From positions 34,269 through 98,268 of IMG/VR virus record IMGVR_UViG_3300025121_000030: a stretch of 64,000 nt of DNA; one strand, given 5' to 3'. The notes beneath the pieces were generated by a model that saw nothing but the letters and a program-made list of their open reading frames with translations, ran no database searches and was not told the origin of the DNA. The translations under genes and the position numbers were made by a program. Positions 30,737 to 39,287 of this stretch are shown piece after piece (position 1 is the stretch's first letter; each line of letters opens with the position of its first letter). Origin of the DNA: a virus.

Positions 30737-31966
30737 ATGTGCGCACAAAAAATAAATTTCCGTAAAGGCTCGGATGCAGAAAGACTTACAATAACCCCTT
30801 CTGACGGTGAACCAATATGGGCTGATAAAAAATTCTATATTGGAGATGGAACTACGGTTGGAGGAAATTTGATTTCAGGAGGTAGTAGTTCGTCATCAGG
30901 CTATAAAAAGGAAACAATACATGTTGGAGGAACTGATTTAGCTATACTAAGTTCTCATAATGACGCGGAGATTCACCTTGAGGGCATAGGTAATTTAACA
31001 ATAAATGCCAATGACATTATAGATGACACTTTTGGATTTCACATTGTAAATACTGACGCAGGAGAAGACAGAAATCTTTTTATGTCAAATTTTGCTGGCT
31101 CATTTATGCGTGACGGTACTATGACTTCAATATCAGAATTAACTATAGCTCATGATGAGAGTTACATTGTTACTGTCACAAATAGCGGAGGCTCGAAATA
31201 TTTAAATGTCTTTCCGATGTTCAGTCAAACTTTAGTTGAAAAACAATTAAGAGGTAAACAAAGTACGGTTCATATTGGAGCAAGCAATTTGGCTATTGCC
31301 CAATCTCACAATGATTCCGAAATTCATTTTGAAAGTACAGGAAATGCAACTATAAATGCGACACATATTTTAACTGACACTTTTTTGGTAAGACTAACAA
31401 ATACTGATTCTGGTGTTAATAAAACGCTTACACCTACTGGATTCGCTGGTGCATTTGTAAGAGATGGGACATCAAATACTATAACTACCTCATTAACTAT
31501 AAAACCAAATGAGAGTTATATCATTTCAATAACTGATAATGGAGGTAAATTTTTAAATGCTTACCCAACACATAAAGTTTTAAATAAAATAGAAACAGGC
31601 TCTTGGGTTCCAACCATTACATTCACATCTGTAGACCCTGATATTTCAGGTGCAACAACAGAACTTTATAAAGCAATTTATACTAGAATTGATGATAAAG
31701 TTAATTTTAATTTATCATTCGGACTTAGTAATTTCACGGCAGGTAGATATTTGATGGGTTCTTATACATTGCCTAAAACTAAAGTTGGAACTGATAGTAT
31801 TATTTCTGTAGCAAATAGTACATTTGCATCACAATATGTACCAATATATGCATTGGTGTTTTTTGGGACTCCTAGTGTCTTTATTGGAACTCCAGATATT
31901 CGATTACCTGCACCATCATTAATTACTATTAATATAATTGGTTCATATGTAACCAATGAATCGTAG
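30737..31966 (+). CDS. Tail fibre-like protein (Mtd/hyaluronidase-type N-terminal domain, duplicated internal domain)
   Basis: KINFRKGS...DGEP....KFYIGDG N-terminus; two ~100 aa repeats; ETGSWVP..Y.RI C-terminal domain. Confidence 0.7.
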   Translation: MCAQKINFRKGSDAERLTITPSDGEPIWADKKFYIGDGTTVGGNLISGGSSSSSGYKKETIHVGGTDLAILSSHNDAEIHLEGIGNLTINANDIIDDTFGFHIVNTDAGEDRNLFMSNFAGSFMRDGTMTSISELTIAHDESYIVTVTNSGGSKYLNVFPMFSQTLVEKQLRGKQSTVHIGASNLAIAQSHNDSEIHFESTGNATINATHILTDTFLVRLTNTDSGVNKTLTPTGFAGAFVRDGTSNTITTSLTIKPNESYIISITDNGGKFLNAYPTHKVLNKIETGSWVPTITFTSVDPDISGATTELYKAIYTRIDDKVNFNLSFGLSNFTAGRYLMGSYTLPKTKVGTDSIISVANSTFASQYVPIYALVFFGTPSVFIGTPDIRLPAPSLITINIIGSYVTNES

Positions 31967-31979
31967 GTGATTGTAAATT

Positions 31980-33953
31980 ATGGCTGATATCATTTTTAAA
32001 AGAGGGCAAGAATCAAATCGTACATCTATTATACCAAAGTTTGGAGAACCTATTGTTTCAAATGACAATGGCAAACCAAGATTATGGATAGGTGATTCTC
32101 AGACTCCTGGTGGCATAGAGATAGGTGCTAGTGAATCAACCGAAACTATATCTTCAATACCATCAACTATTTTATCATTTAAAGGATATAAAATAAAAAA
32201 ATTTAGAATTCGTATTTCTGCGAATGATATTAATAATGAAGCTATGCTTGGTCATTTTTCTGTAAAACCATTAGGAGGAAGTTGGACTGATGATCCAACA
32301 GATTTTGTAATTACAAAAGGGGCTAATTCAAGTTATAATCTTAATCCTACAATTACTCATTTTGGTTTCGAGTACGGGGAACATGTTCCATGGACTGTAT
32401 GTAACATACCTACAAGTAGCACTTATGATGGAACATTTGTAGAATTTACATTAAGTTTTGCCGATGGTTTAGCTAAAGAAATAGATAGACTTATATTTGC
32501 TGGCACAAATACACATACTGGTAAATATCATGCAATGTCTTTAGCTGTACAAATAGAATCTGAAGCAGGATCAAATGCTAATGGGGCAGATGGAATATGG
32601 CGGGACATGGTTTCATCTGGTTCTATGCAATATAATTTTACAGCATCTTTAGATACTTCTTATAAATGGATTATTATTGATAATGAGTCTTATACCCCTG
32701 AGTTTATAATGGATTTAGGTTGGAAAAAAATTAAAAAAGCAAGACTTCGTATTTCTGGTAATTCGCTTGATTCTGAAAATGTTGATATGCAAAGGTTTTT
32801 ATTTTATGATGAGAATAACAATTATGCTAATAACACAATGCTAACATGGGCAACTGGTAAATATAGTAGCAGTAATTTAACAATGGCTAATGATGGAAGT
32901 ATGTTTTATGAAAGTAGTTCATCGGCAGATGTAGGTAGACCAAGAAATCATAGAGCAGAGGTATTCCTTGAATTAGTAGTGACTTTTAATGATGTTCGTA
33001 AGTTAACAAAAGTTGATGTTATGTTAGATGGTAATACAGACCAAAATTATGAAATGTTTTGTGTTGATGTACAATTTGAAGGTGATGTCGGAGTGAATGC
33101 TGATGGTTCTGATGGCACATGGTACAGAATTATACTACCTAGAAGTATTTCTGGAACTGAAGAAAATATAGGACATTATATACAATATATAGCAAACAAT
33201 TTAGTAGAATCAAAAGAAAATATATTGGGTAATCCATCTGAAGATGGAATGGTATTATCATCAACTATTTCTGGTGATAGATCGTGGATCAATACTCCAC
33301 AGCAAGTGTTGCTTTATTGGAATGGTAATTCTAATCCAACTATTTCTATGTATCCAATGTTAGGTACTTATGGCAATATGGATATTTATACTAATACTGC
33401 TGCTTATAGTACAATAAATAAAATAGTAAGACTAACTGATACTTCTACAAATGTTCAAGGTAATCTTCAATGGAATATTAACTTGCCAAATTATGTAAGT
33501 ATGAAAACAAAAATACGTTCTAGTGGAGGGAATGGAGGACTTAACACTTGGATATATATTGGTACAAACGGAGCACCAATAAGTGAAGCTGGATTTATAA
33601 ATACGATGGATGCGATGTCAACAGGAGTGATGGTTGTATTTTCTGAATCATTAGATAAAATTAAGCTACATAACCCTTTATACTTTGATGAAATTGGACT
33701 TCTTGCAGAAATATCACAAACTGGAATTGATGACGATGCATGGCATGATGTAAGCATTATTGTTGACAATACAGGAACTGTTGGTAAGGTAAAAATATCT
33801 TGGGACGGGACAATTAAAATTGATTATACACATACAGCTTTAATTGATATAACTGGTGGATATACAGGAATTGGAGCAAGAAATAATGCATCTAATACAA
33901 ATAGTCATTGGGTAGATGGATGGTTGATGAGTGGCAAAGGATTTTCAATTTAA
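31980..33953 (+). CDS. Tail fibre/receptor-binding protein with L-type lectin-like C-terminus
   Basis: IIFKRG..GEP..LWIGD N-terminus; duplicated KIKK.R.RIS...GxDG.W domain; RLTD...QG...DDDAWHDV.I lectin-like region. Confidence 0.65.
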   Translation: MADIIFKRGQESNRTSIIPKFGEPIVSNDNGKPRLWIGDSQTPGGIEIGASESTETISSIPSTILSFKGYKIKKFRIRISANDINNEAMLGHFSVKPLGGSWTDDPTDFVITKGANSSYNLNPTITHFGFEYGEHVPWTVCNIPTSSTYDGTFVEFTLSFADGLAKEIDRLIFAGTNTHTGKYHAMSLAVQIESEAGSNANGADGIWRDMVSSGSMQYNFTASLDTSYKWIIIDNESYTPEFIMDLGWKKIKKARLRISGNSLDSENVDMQRFLFYDENNNYANNTMLTWATGKYSSSNLTMANDGSMFYESSSSADVGRPRNHRAEVFLELVVTFNDVRKLTKVDVMLDGNTDQNYEMFCVDVQFEGDVGVNADGSDGTWYRIILPRSISGTEENIGHYIQYIANNLVESKENILGNPSEDGMVLSSTISGDRSWINTPQQVLLYWNGNSNPTISMYPMLGTYGNMDIYTNTAAYSTINKIVRLTDTSTNVQGNLQWNINLPNYVSMKTKIRSSGGNGGLNTWIYIGTNGAPISEAGFINTMDAMSTGVMVVFSESLDKIKLHNPLYFDEIGLLAEISQTGIDDDAWHDVSIIVDNTGTVGKVKISWDGTIKIDYTHTALIDITGGYTGIGARNNASNTNSHWVDGWLMSGKGFSI

Positions 33954-33962
33954 TCGAATAAT

Positions 33963-33996
33963 AAATCATTACAAAATGCTCATTTCATTATGATTT
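33963..33996. repeat. Imperfect palindromic site (14-6-14), copy a
   Basis: aaatcattacaaaa-tgctca-tttcattatgattt; related sites at 43126 and 51508. Confidence 0.5.
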
Positions 33997-34005
33997 TATT
34001 GTTGG

Positions 34006-34039
34006 TAAACGGTCATATACGAGGTTAAACGGTCATATA
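34006..34039 (+). promoter_or_regulatory. Direct repeat, candidate LytTR-type operator
   Basis: taaacggtcatata at 34006 and 34026 (20 bp period), upstream of the agr-like cassette. Confidence 0.45.
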
Positions 34040-34093
34040 TGAAGGTGAATTGTATTGTAAAATTAATTGAGAAGGGACTGAAATAAAACGGGC

Positions 34094-34294
34094 ATGGTTT
34101 ATCTTTGCCCTATAAATTATGGGATGATAAATATATTATTAGTTATGTTAGTAGTATTGTTAATTTTTAATCAATGGATTATATATTTTTTGTTAAAAAG
34201 ACATACACAAAAATATTTTGATTGGTTAATTGAAGAAGAAAGAACAACTCAACAAATGTTATTATTACAAAACAAAAATAAAAAGAAAGGGTGA
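34094..34294 (+). CDS. Small membrane protein
   Basis: One long hydrophobic segment and a charged helical tail; start uncertain. Confidence 0.5.
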   Translation: MVYLCPINYGMINILLVMLVVLLIFNQWIIYFLLKRHTQKYFDWLIEEERTTQQMLLLQNKNKKKG

Positions 34295-34307
34295 ACTGAG
34301 ATTATGG

Positions 34308-34682
34308 ATGGATAAAGTTTTTCATAATTTATTAAAGGATAATTTAGATTCAGTTTTAGAGATGAATGAACAATACTTTGGTAATATGCGATTGAATGTA
34401 TTGTATTCATATGAAAGGAATGAATTAACTGGATTATATGAAGATGTTCCAAATGAATTGGAAATCTGCCATAATGCTAACCGATATATTGTTTTTCATA
34501 AAGAAAAAGATGATCTGCTCTATCTCAAGCATTTTAATTTTAGCCAAAATCCTAAGGGCAAGGAAAAGTTTCATATAGAATCCAGAAATTTCCATAATTA
34601 CTTTCAGGTTTTAAAATGGGTGTCTTCAAATCATAAATTTGAACCTAGTAAAAAGAAAAGTATTTTTGATTTGTTAAAATAA
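34308..34682 (+). CDS. Hypothetical soluble protein, paralog of 35118..35459
   Basis: Probable ATG at 34308; LLYL...N...NPKGKEKFH.....W motif. Confidence 0.55.
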   Translation: MDKVFHNLLKDNLDSVLEMNEQYFGNMRLNVLYSYERNELTGLYEDVPNELEICHNANRYIVFHKEKDDLLYLKHFNFSQNPKGKEKFHIESRNFHNYFQVLKWVSSNHKFEPSKKKSIFDLLK

Positions 34683-34707
34683 TTATTAAAATATTAATAT
34701 AAATATA

Positions 34708-34736
34708 TTGACATCCCTCCTTTCTTACTATATAAT
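34708..34736 (+). promoter_or_regulatory. SigA-type promoter with an anti-SD sequence in its spacer
   Basis: TTGACA-17-TATAAT; spacer cctcctttctt is complementary to aagaaaggagg (34744-54). Confidence 0.85.
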
Positions 34737-34765
34737 AAAAGAAAAGAAAGGAGGATTCATGTATT

Positions 34766-35110
34766 TTGAAAGATTGTAAAAAGATAGTTAATGTTTTTAA
34801 TTTAACTATAATTATTAGTTTGATTGTTGTAATTTGTCTTATATATTTTGGAAGAGACTATTATTATCAAGCTAGACTTATTTTTGAAAGTGATCAATTT
34901 CTTTTCTTCTGTTTATTTTTTTGTTTGGTTTTATGGATGTTTATATTTTTAGCATATCAAGGGACTCAACTTAAAAAAGATAATGTAATTATAAAAGAAT
35001 TACTACAAATGATATTACAAGAAAATTATTTAACCCAGGACAATTTAGAAAAACTTCATAGAAACACCAGACAATTAATTATGTCTGAGATTTCTAAAAG
35101 AAAGGGTTAA
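34766..35110 (+). CDS. Two-TM membrane protein with cytoplasmic coiled coil
   Basis: RBS aaggagg; two hydrophobic helices, then a helical tail. Confidence 0.65.
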   Translation: MKDCKKIVNVFNLTIIISLIVVICLIYFGRDYYYQARLIFESDQFLFFCLFFCLVLWMFIFLAYQGTQLKKDNVIIKELLQMILQENYLTQDNLEKLHRNTRQLIMSEISKRKG

Positions 35111-35117
35111 ATATATT

Positions 35118-35459
35118 GTGAAAAATTCACTGTGGTATTCTAGGAATTGTTTAAATGAGAAAAATTTAGACTATATTGAAAATACTTTATGTGAGCCAAA
35201 TAATATTAATATAAGAATAATGGCTGATAAAAGCGGTGAAGATATTTTACTATTGACATATAAATTAGATACATATAAAGTTGAAATTGATAGATGTTGT
35301 TTATTATCATTGAGTAAACGTAATAAAGCATTAAATCCTAAGTATAAAGAATATTATCATTTGTTAGATAAATTTGAAGGTTTAGATTGTTGGGCAGATT
35401 TGATATTATGGATTGTGAGGAATAAAAATGGAAAAATTAATGATGACATGGATATTTAG
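35118..35459 (+). CDS. Hypothetical soluble protein, paralog of 34308..34682
   Basis: LLSL...N...NPKYKEYYH.....W motif. Confidence 0.55.
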   Translation: MKNSLWYSRNCLNEKNLDYIENTLCEPNNINIRIMADKSGEDILLLTYKLDTYKVEIDRCCLLSLSKRNKALNPKYKEYYHLLDKFEGLDCWADLILWIVRNKNGKINDDMDI

Positions 35460-35874
35460 TAGTTTACTAACGGCATATATGTCAGTATTATTTATGGTAT
35501 CAATTGTAAATATAAAAATATCTAAAAAACAATGGATAATTTTAATTTTATCATTGTCTTTATGTCATACAATATTTAGAAATATAATACCACAATTATT
35601 TTTCCCATTTTTATTTATAATAATGTATTCTTCATTAATTTATACAATTGTATTAAATGTAAAATTAATAAAGACATTAAAATTTTCTATTTTATTTTTT
35701 GTTTTTCTTTTAATTACTGAAGTAATAATTGTTGTTTTATTAAATATATTTTTAGATGTAGATTTGTCTAAAGTTTCTTTTGGAATAAAAGAATATATTT
35801 TAGCACTTCCCGTATATTTTGTTCAAATATATTTAGTAATATTAATGAAAAAATATATAAAAAAAAAGGAATGA
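35428..35874 (+). CDS. Multi-pass membrane protein resembling an AgrC-type sensor domain, without kinase domain
   Basis: 148 aa, about 5 TM helices, directly upstream of the peptide gene and agrB; no H-box or GHKL domain. Confidence 0.6.
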   Translation: MEKLMMTWIFSSLLTAYMSVLFMVSIVNIKISKKQWIILILSLSLCHTIFRNIIPQLFFPFLFIIMYSSLIYTIVLNVKLIKTLKFSILFFVFLLITEVIIVVLLNIFLDVDLSKVSFGIKEYILALPVYFVQIYLVILMKKYIKKKE

Positions 35875-35928
35875 TATAAATGTGTGTAAGTATTAATACA
35901 CACTATTTGTAAAAAGGAGGTGGTTCTT

Positions 35929-36012
35929 ATGGGTGGTTTCTATTTTGGTAAACCTGCGAAAGTAAACACTCAAAAGCAAACTGAAACTAAAAAAGAAGAA
36001 GTAAAAAAGTAA
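35929..36012 (+). CDS. Leaderless AgrD-like precursor peptide, 27 aa (not in ORF track)
   Basis: Strong RBS aaggaggtg; MGGFYFGKPAKVNTQKQTETKKEEVKK*; aromatic pentapeptide + xxP + charged tail; adjacent to agrB. Confidence 0.7.
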   Translation: MGGFYFGKPAKVNTQKQTETKKEEVKK

Positions 36013-36072
36013 TCTACAACTAAATAACTAAAAACTGAATAATGAGTAATGAGTAATAAGTAATATAATCAT

Positions 36073-36102
36073 AGGGGCTATCCATATCGGGTAGTCCTTT
36101 TT
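36073..36102 (+). terminator. Terminator/attenuator between the peptide gene and agrB
   Basis: aggggctatcc/gggtagtcctt stem followed by a T-run. Confidence 0.7.
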
Positions 36103-36142
36103 GGTTATGTTAGTATCTGTGTTTGTGTATTGGAGTGATTGA

Positions 36143-36706
36143 ATGTTTTTTGACACAATTAGCAACTATATATTATGCAAGTTAATTAAAAGTGGAAAAT
36201 TAACATATGATCAATATGACGAAATAGATTATAAGATAAAAAGTTATTTAAGTTTATTCCTAATTATATTATTTACAGTATTATTAGGAATTATACTTAA
36301 TTGTTTATTACAATCAATAGTAGTGTTGATTATTATCGGAGTATTAAGAATTTTTAGTGGGGGAGTTCATGCAAAAAGTTTGGAGAGTTGTACTTTTTTA
36401 TCCACGATTTACATGAGTTTTTTAGCATATTTAACATTGTATTTATACCAACAAACTATGTTGGTATTTTTTATTAGCATTTTCACATCTGTATTTATAA
36501 TTAAGTTTATACCGACAATAGATGAAGATGAAAAGAAATATAAAAATAAATATTATCGGAATAATTATATAAATTATTTTTTATTGTTTTATAGTATAGG
36601 TGCTGTTTGTGTGTTTATTGATACATATGTAAGCAATTTAGTATGTTGTTCAATATCGTTAGCTATGATTGGTACGGCTTTGACTGTGAGAGAAAATAAA
36701 AATTAA
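36143..36706 (+). CDS. agrB: Accessory gene regulator B family peptide-cyclising membrane protease
   Basis: LRIFSGGVHAKSLESC gives R69/H76/C83, matching S. aureus R70/H77/C84 spacing; 187 aa, multi-TM; FIP motif. Confidence 0.88.
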   Translation: MFFDTISNYILCKLIKSGKLTYDQYDEIDYKIKSYLSLFLIILFTVLLGIILNCLLQSIVVLIIIGVLRIFSGGVHAKSLESCTFLSTIYMSFLAYLTLYLYQQTMLVFFISIFTSVFIIKFIPTIDEDEKKYKNKYYRNNYINYFLLFYSIGAVCVFIDTYVSNLVCCSISLAMIGTALTVRENKN

Positions 36707-36721
36707 AAGCAAGAAAATTTT

Positions 36722-36832
36722 ATAAGAGATAGGTTAAGACTGATCATCTTAATCGAAAAGAGTGGATATCCTTGTAACTCCACTCTTCTTTTATTTTAAA
36801 AAAAACAAGGAAAACAATAAAACATCAAGGAG
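36722..36832 (+). ncRNA. Structured leader RNA, copy 6
   Basis: P2 ggttaaga/tcttaatc; P3 aagagtgga/tccactctt. Loop tccttgt pairs with acaagga (36805-11) and caagga (36826-31, RBS). Confidence 0.7.
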
Positions 36833-36841
36833 TGGATATAA

Positions 36842-38305
36842 TTGGGATTGGTAAGTACAGAAGTTTGGGTTGGTTTAAATGGAAGTAGTATTAAACATTT
36901 TGAAGAAAAGGGATATGAAATACCTAGATATAAAAATAAAAATAGCAAATTATGTGTTAAAGAACATACAAAAATATTAGTAAAAATTAAAGATTTATCA
37001 GAACATAGTAATGTCAAAGTTGATGTAGAATGTGACGGATGTGGTAAAAAATTAAAAAACGTAGTATGGCAGGATTATTTAAAACGTATTGTTAAAAATG
37101 ATGGTAAATATTATTGTTTACAATGTGCAACTAAGGATAATGGAATTCAAACTAGACTTAAAGAAAATGAAATCAGAAATATAGTAGATGAAAAACTAGG
37201 AAAAGATTGGATAATAGAAAAAATTGAAATAATAAAAAATAATACGTTTATAACTTTAATTGACCCTGATGGATATTGGTATAGCAATGTAAAAACACGA
37301 GTTATAAAAAGAGACATATTCCCTAGAAAATTTCATTTACAAAATATATATGCAAAACAAAATGTGAATAATTGGTTTAAATTAAATAATTTGAATATGA
37401 AATTAATTGAAGAATACAAAGGAACAACCAAAAAAGTTAAAATTAAATGCTTAGAATGCAATAATTCTTTTAAACGCTCATTCGATAGTATTAAAAGTGG
37501 AATAACATCGTGTCCAAATTGTAGTGATGGTATTAGTTACCCGGAAAAATTAGGGAATTCATTTTTTAATCAAATAGGTATTAATTATATTTATAATTCT
37601 AAATTAAAATGGTCTGAAAATAAAAAATATGATTTTACATGTGAAGGCTTTAAAATTGTGGTTGAAATGCATGGTTTACAACATTATGAAGAAACCAATT
37701 GGGGGAATACGGGTGCAAGAACTTTAAAAGAAGAACAAGAAAGCGATAGATTAAAAAAAGAATTAGCAGAGAAAAATGGATATAAATATATAGAAATTGA
37801 TTGTAGAAAATCAGATTTAGATTGGATAAAGAATAGTATTATGAATAGTGAATTAGCTAATATATTTGATTTATCTAAAATAAATTGGTTACAATGTCAT
37901 GAATATGCTTGTAGTAGTTTGGTTAAAGTAGCATGTGATTTGTGGAATAATTGTGTAGAAAACACAATGAAAATTGGGGAAATAATGCAATTACATAATT
38001 CCACCATTTCAAAATATTTAAAACAAGGTGTAAAATTAGGTTGGTGTGATTACAATGTAAAAAAAATAAAAAATAATAATGGTAAAAAAATTAGTAATTT
38101 TGCAAAAATAAAATTTAGTAAGTCAGTAGTTCAATTAGATTTAAATGATAATTTTATTAAAGAATTTGAAAGTGGTACAGAAGCAGGAAGACAAACAGGA
38201 ATAAAGCAAGCTACCATTTCTTTATGTTGTAGAAAAGCTCCTCATGCAAAAACGGCAGGTGGATATAAATGGATGTTTAAGAATGATTATAATTTAATTA
38301 GTTAA
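36842..38305 (+). CDS. Homing endonuclease-like protein (paralog of 333..1991)
   Basis: Same N-terminal Zn ribbon; ISYPEK, KYDF..VVEMHGLQHY, IDCRKS motifs; NUMOD1-like C-terminus. Confidence 0.8.
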   Translation: MGLVSTEVWVGLNGSSIKHFEEKGYEIPRYKNKNSKLCVKEHTKILVKIKDLSEHSNVKVDVECDGCGKKLKNVVWQDYLKRIVKNDGKYYCLQCATKDNGIQTRLKENEIRNIVDEKLGKDWIIEKIEIIKNNTFITLIDPDGYWYSNVKTRVIKRDIFPRKFHLQNIYAKQNVNNWFKLNNLNMKLIEEYKGTTKKVKIKCLECNNSFKRSFDSIKSGITSCPNCSDGISYPEKLGNSFFNQIGINYIYNSKLKWSENKKYDFTCEGFKIVVEMHGLQHYEETNWGNTGARTLKEEQESDRLKKELAEKNGYKYIEIDCRKSDLDWIKNSIMNSELANIFDLSKINWLQCHEYACSSLVKVACDLWNNCVENTMKIGEIMQLHNSTISKYLKQGVKLGWCDYNVKKIKNNNGKKISNFAKIKFSKSVVQLDLNDNFIKEFESGTEAGRQTGIKQATISLCCRKAPHAKTAGGYKWMFKNDYNLIS

Positions 38306-38359
38306 AAATTATAATTTAAAAATATAAATCTTAACAAGAAAGGAGTGATATAAAACTCC

Positions 38360-38794
38360 ATGAAAACTAATGAAAGTAATGGAGAAATATATGACGAAAG
38401 TGCGGTGAATAATATAATGGAAGAAATTTACAAAGAAGTTAACTCTCATTCAGAAAAAATTATTCAAATACAAACAAAAATTGAAAATATTCAAGAGAAA
38501 GTGGAAGATTTATCTAGTATTAAAGAAACACTTATAGAACTTAAAGTGTTACAAAAAGAACAAGCAAAATTTAATGTGTCTGTTTCTGAGACTCTCGGAA
38601 AAATAAACGATAATTTAAATATATTAAACAATGAAACTAAAGACACAAGTGATCGTGTTGCAAGTCTTGAAAATAAAGTAGATAAAATTGATGGTCGAAG
38701 TAAGTTTGATTTTTTAATATATGTTAAAGAATCCGTAATTCCAATTTTAATTTCTGGTGGAATCATATATTATATATCACAATATATAAAATAA
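38360..38794 (+). CDS. Coiled-coil protein with C-terminal TM (XhlA/holin-like)
   Basis: Long heptad region followed by a single terminal hydrophobic helix. Confidence 0.5.
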   Translation: MKTNESNGEIYDESAVNNIMEEIYKEVNSHSEKIIQIQTKIENIQEKVEDLSSIKETLIELKVLQKEQAKFNVSVSETLGKINDNLNILNNETKDTSDRVASLENKVDKIDGRSKFDFLIYVKESVIPILISGGIIYYISQYIK

Positions 38795-38934
38795 TTAAAT
38801 TTGGGGAGAGATTATAACTATTCTCTTCCCTTTTCTCACCCTACCCTCTCAAAAATAATTAAAGAAAGGAATGAACTAAAAATACGTTATAAAAATAAAA
38901 ACGTATTTAATTTTAATTGAGAGGTGGTTTATAA

Positions 38935-39270
38935 ATGAGTAATTTTTATGCAGGAACACATTATTGTGGTGCTATATTAAGGTCTAATGATAATTTTAGT
39001 TTTAATGAGTTAATAAATCAAATTACTACAGGCATAGACAATCAGGTATTTTATTTAGAAGACCCAAGAACTGGTGATACAACTGTAGCAAGGGTATTTA
39101 TTTTCACTCCAATCGGAAGCGATATAAATTTTGATCTAAACAACAATTCAAATAGCAGATTAAAATGCCAAGATAGTATAAGTAATGGGCTTGAAAATGA
39201 AATGCTTTTAAGTTCATTCAAAGTTGGTAGTTTGGCAAACAGTATATTTGAATTTATTTGTGTGGTTTAA
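38935..39270 (+). CDS. Hypothetical virion protein
   Basis: RBS gaggtgg; 111 aa. Confidence 0.5.
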   Translation: MSNFYAGTHYCGAILRSNDNFSFNELINQITTGIDNQVFYLEDPRTGDTTVARVFIFTPIGSDINFDLNNNSNSRLKCQDSISNGLENEMLLSSFKVGSLANSIFEFICVV

Positions 39271-39287
39271 AAGGAGGAGTGAAATAA

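Noticed and set aside
35880-35912. 10-codon ORF MCVSINTHYL* as the AgrD, or as a frameshifted leader for the peptide
   Set aside because: No xxP or charged tail for AgrB recognition, not an amphipathic leader, a different frame, and the downstream peptide has its own strong RBS. Not fully excluded.
36040-36066. Short taatgag/taataag tandem repeat
   Set aside because: Low complexity in AT-rich DNA; no supporting context.
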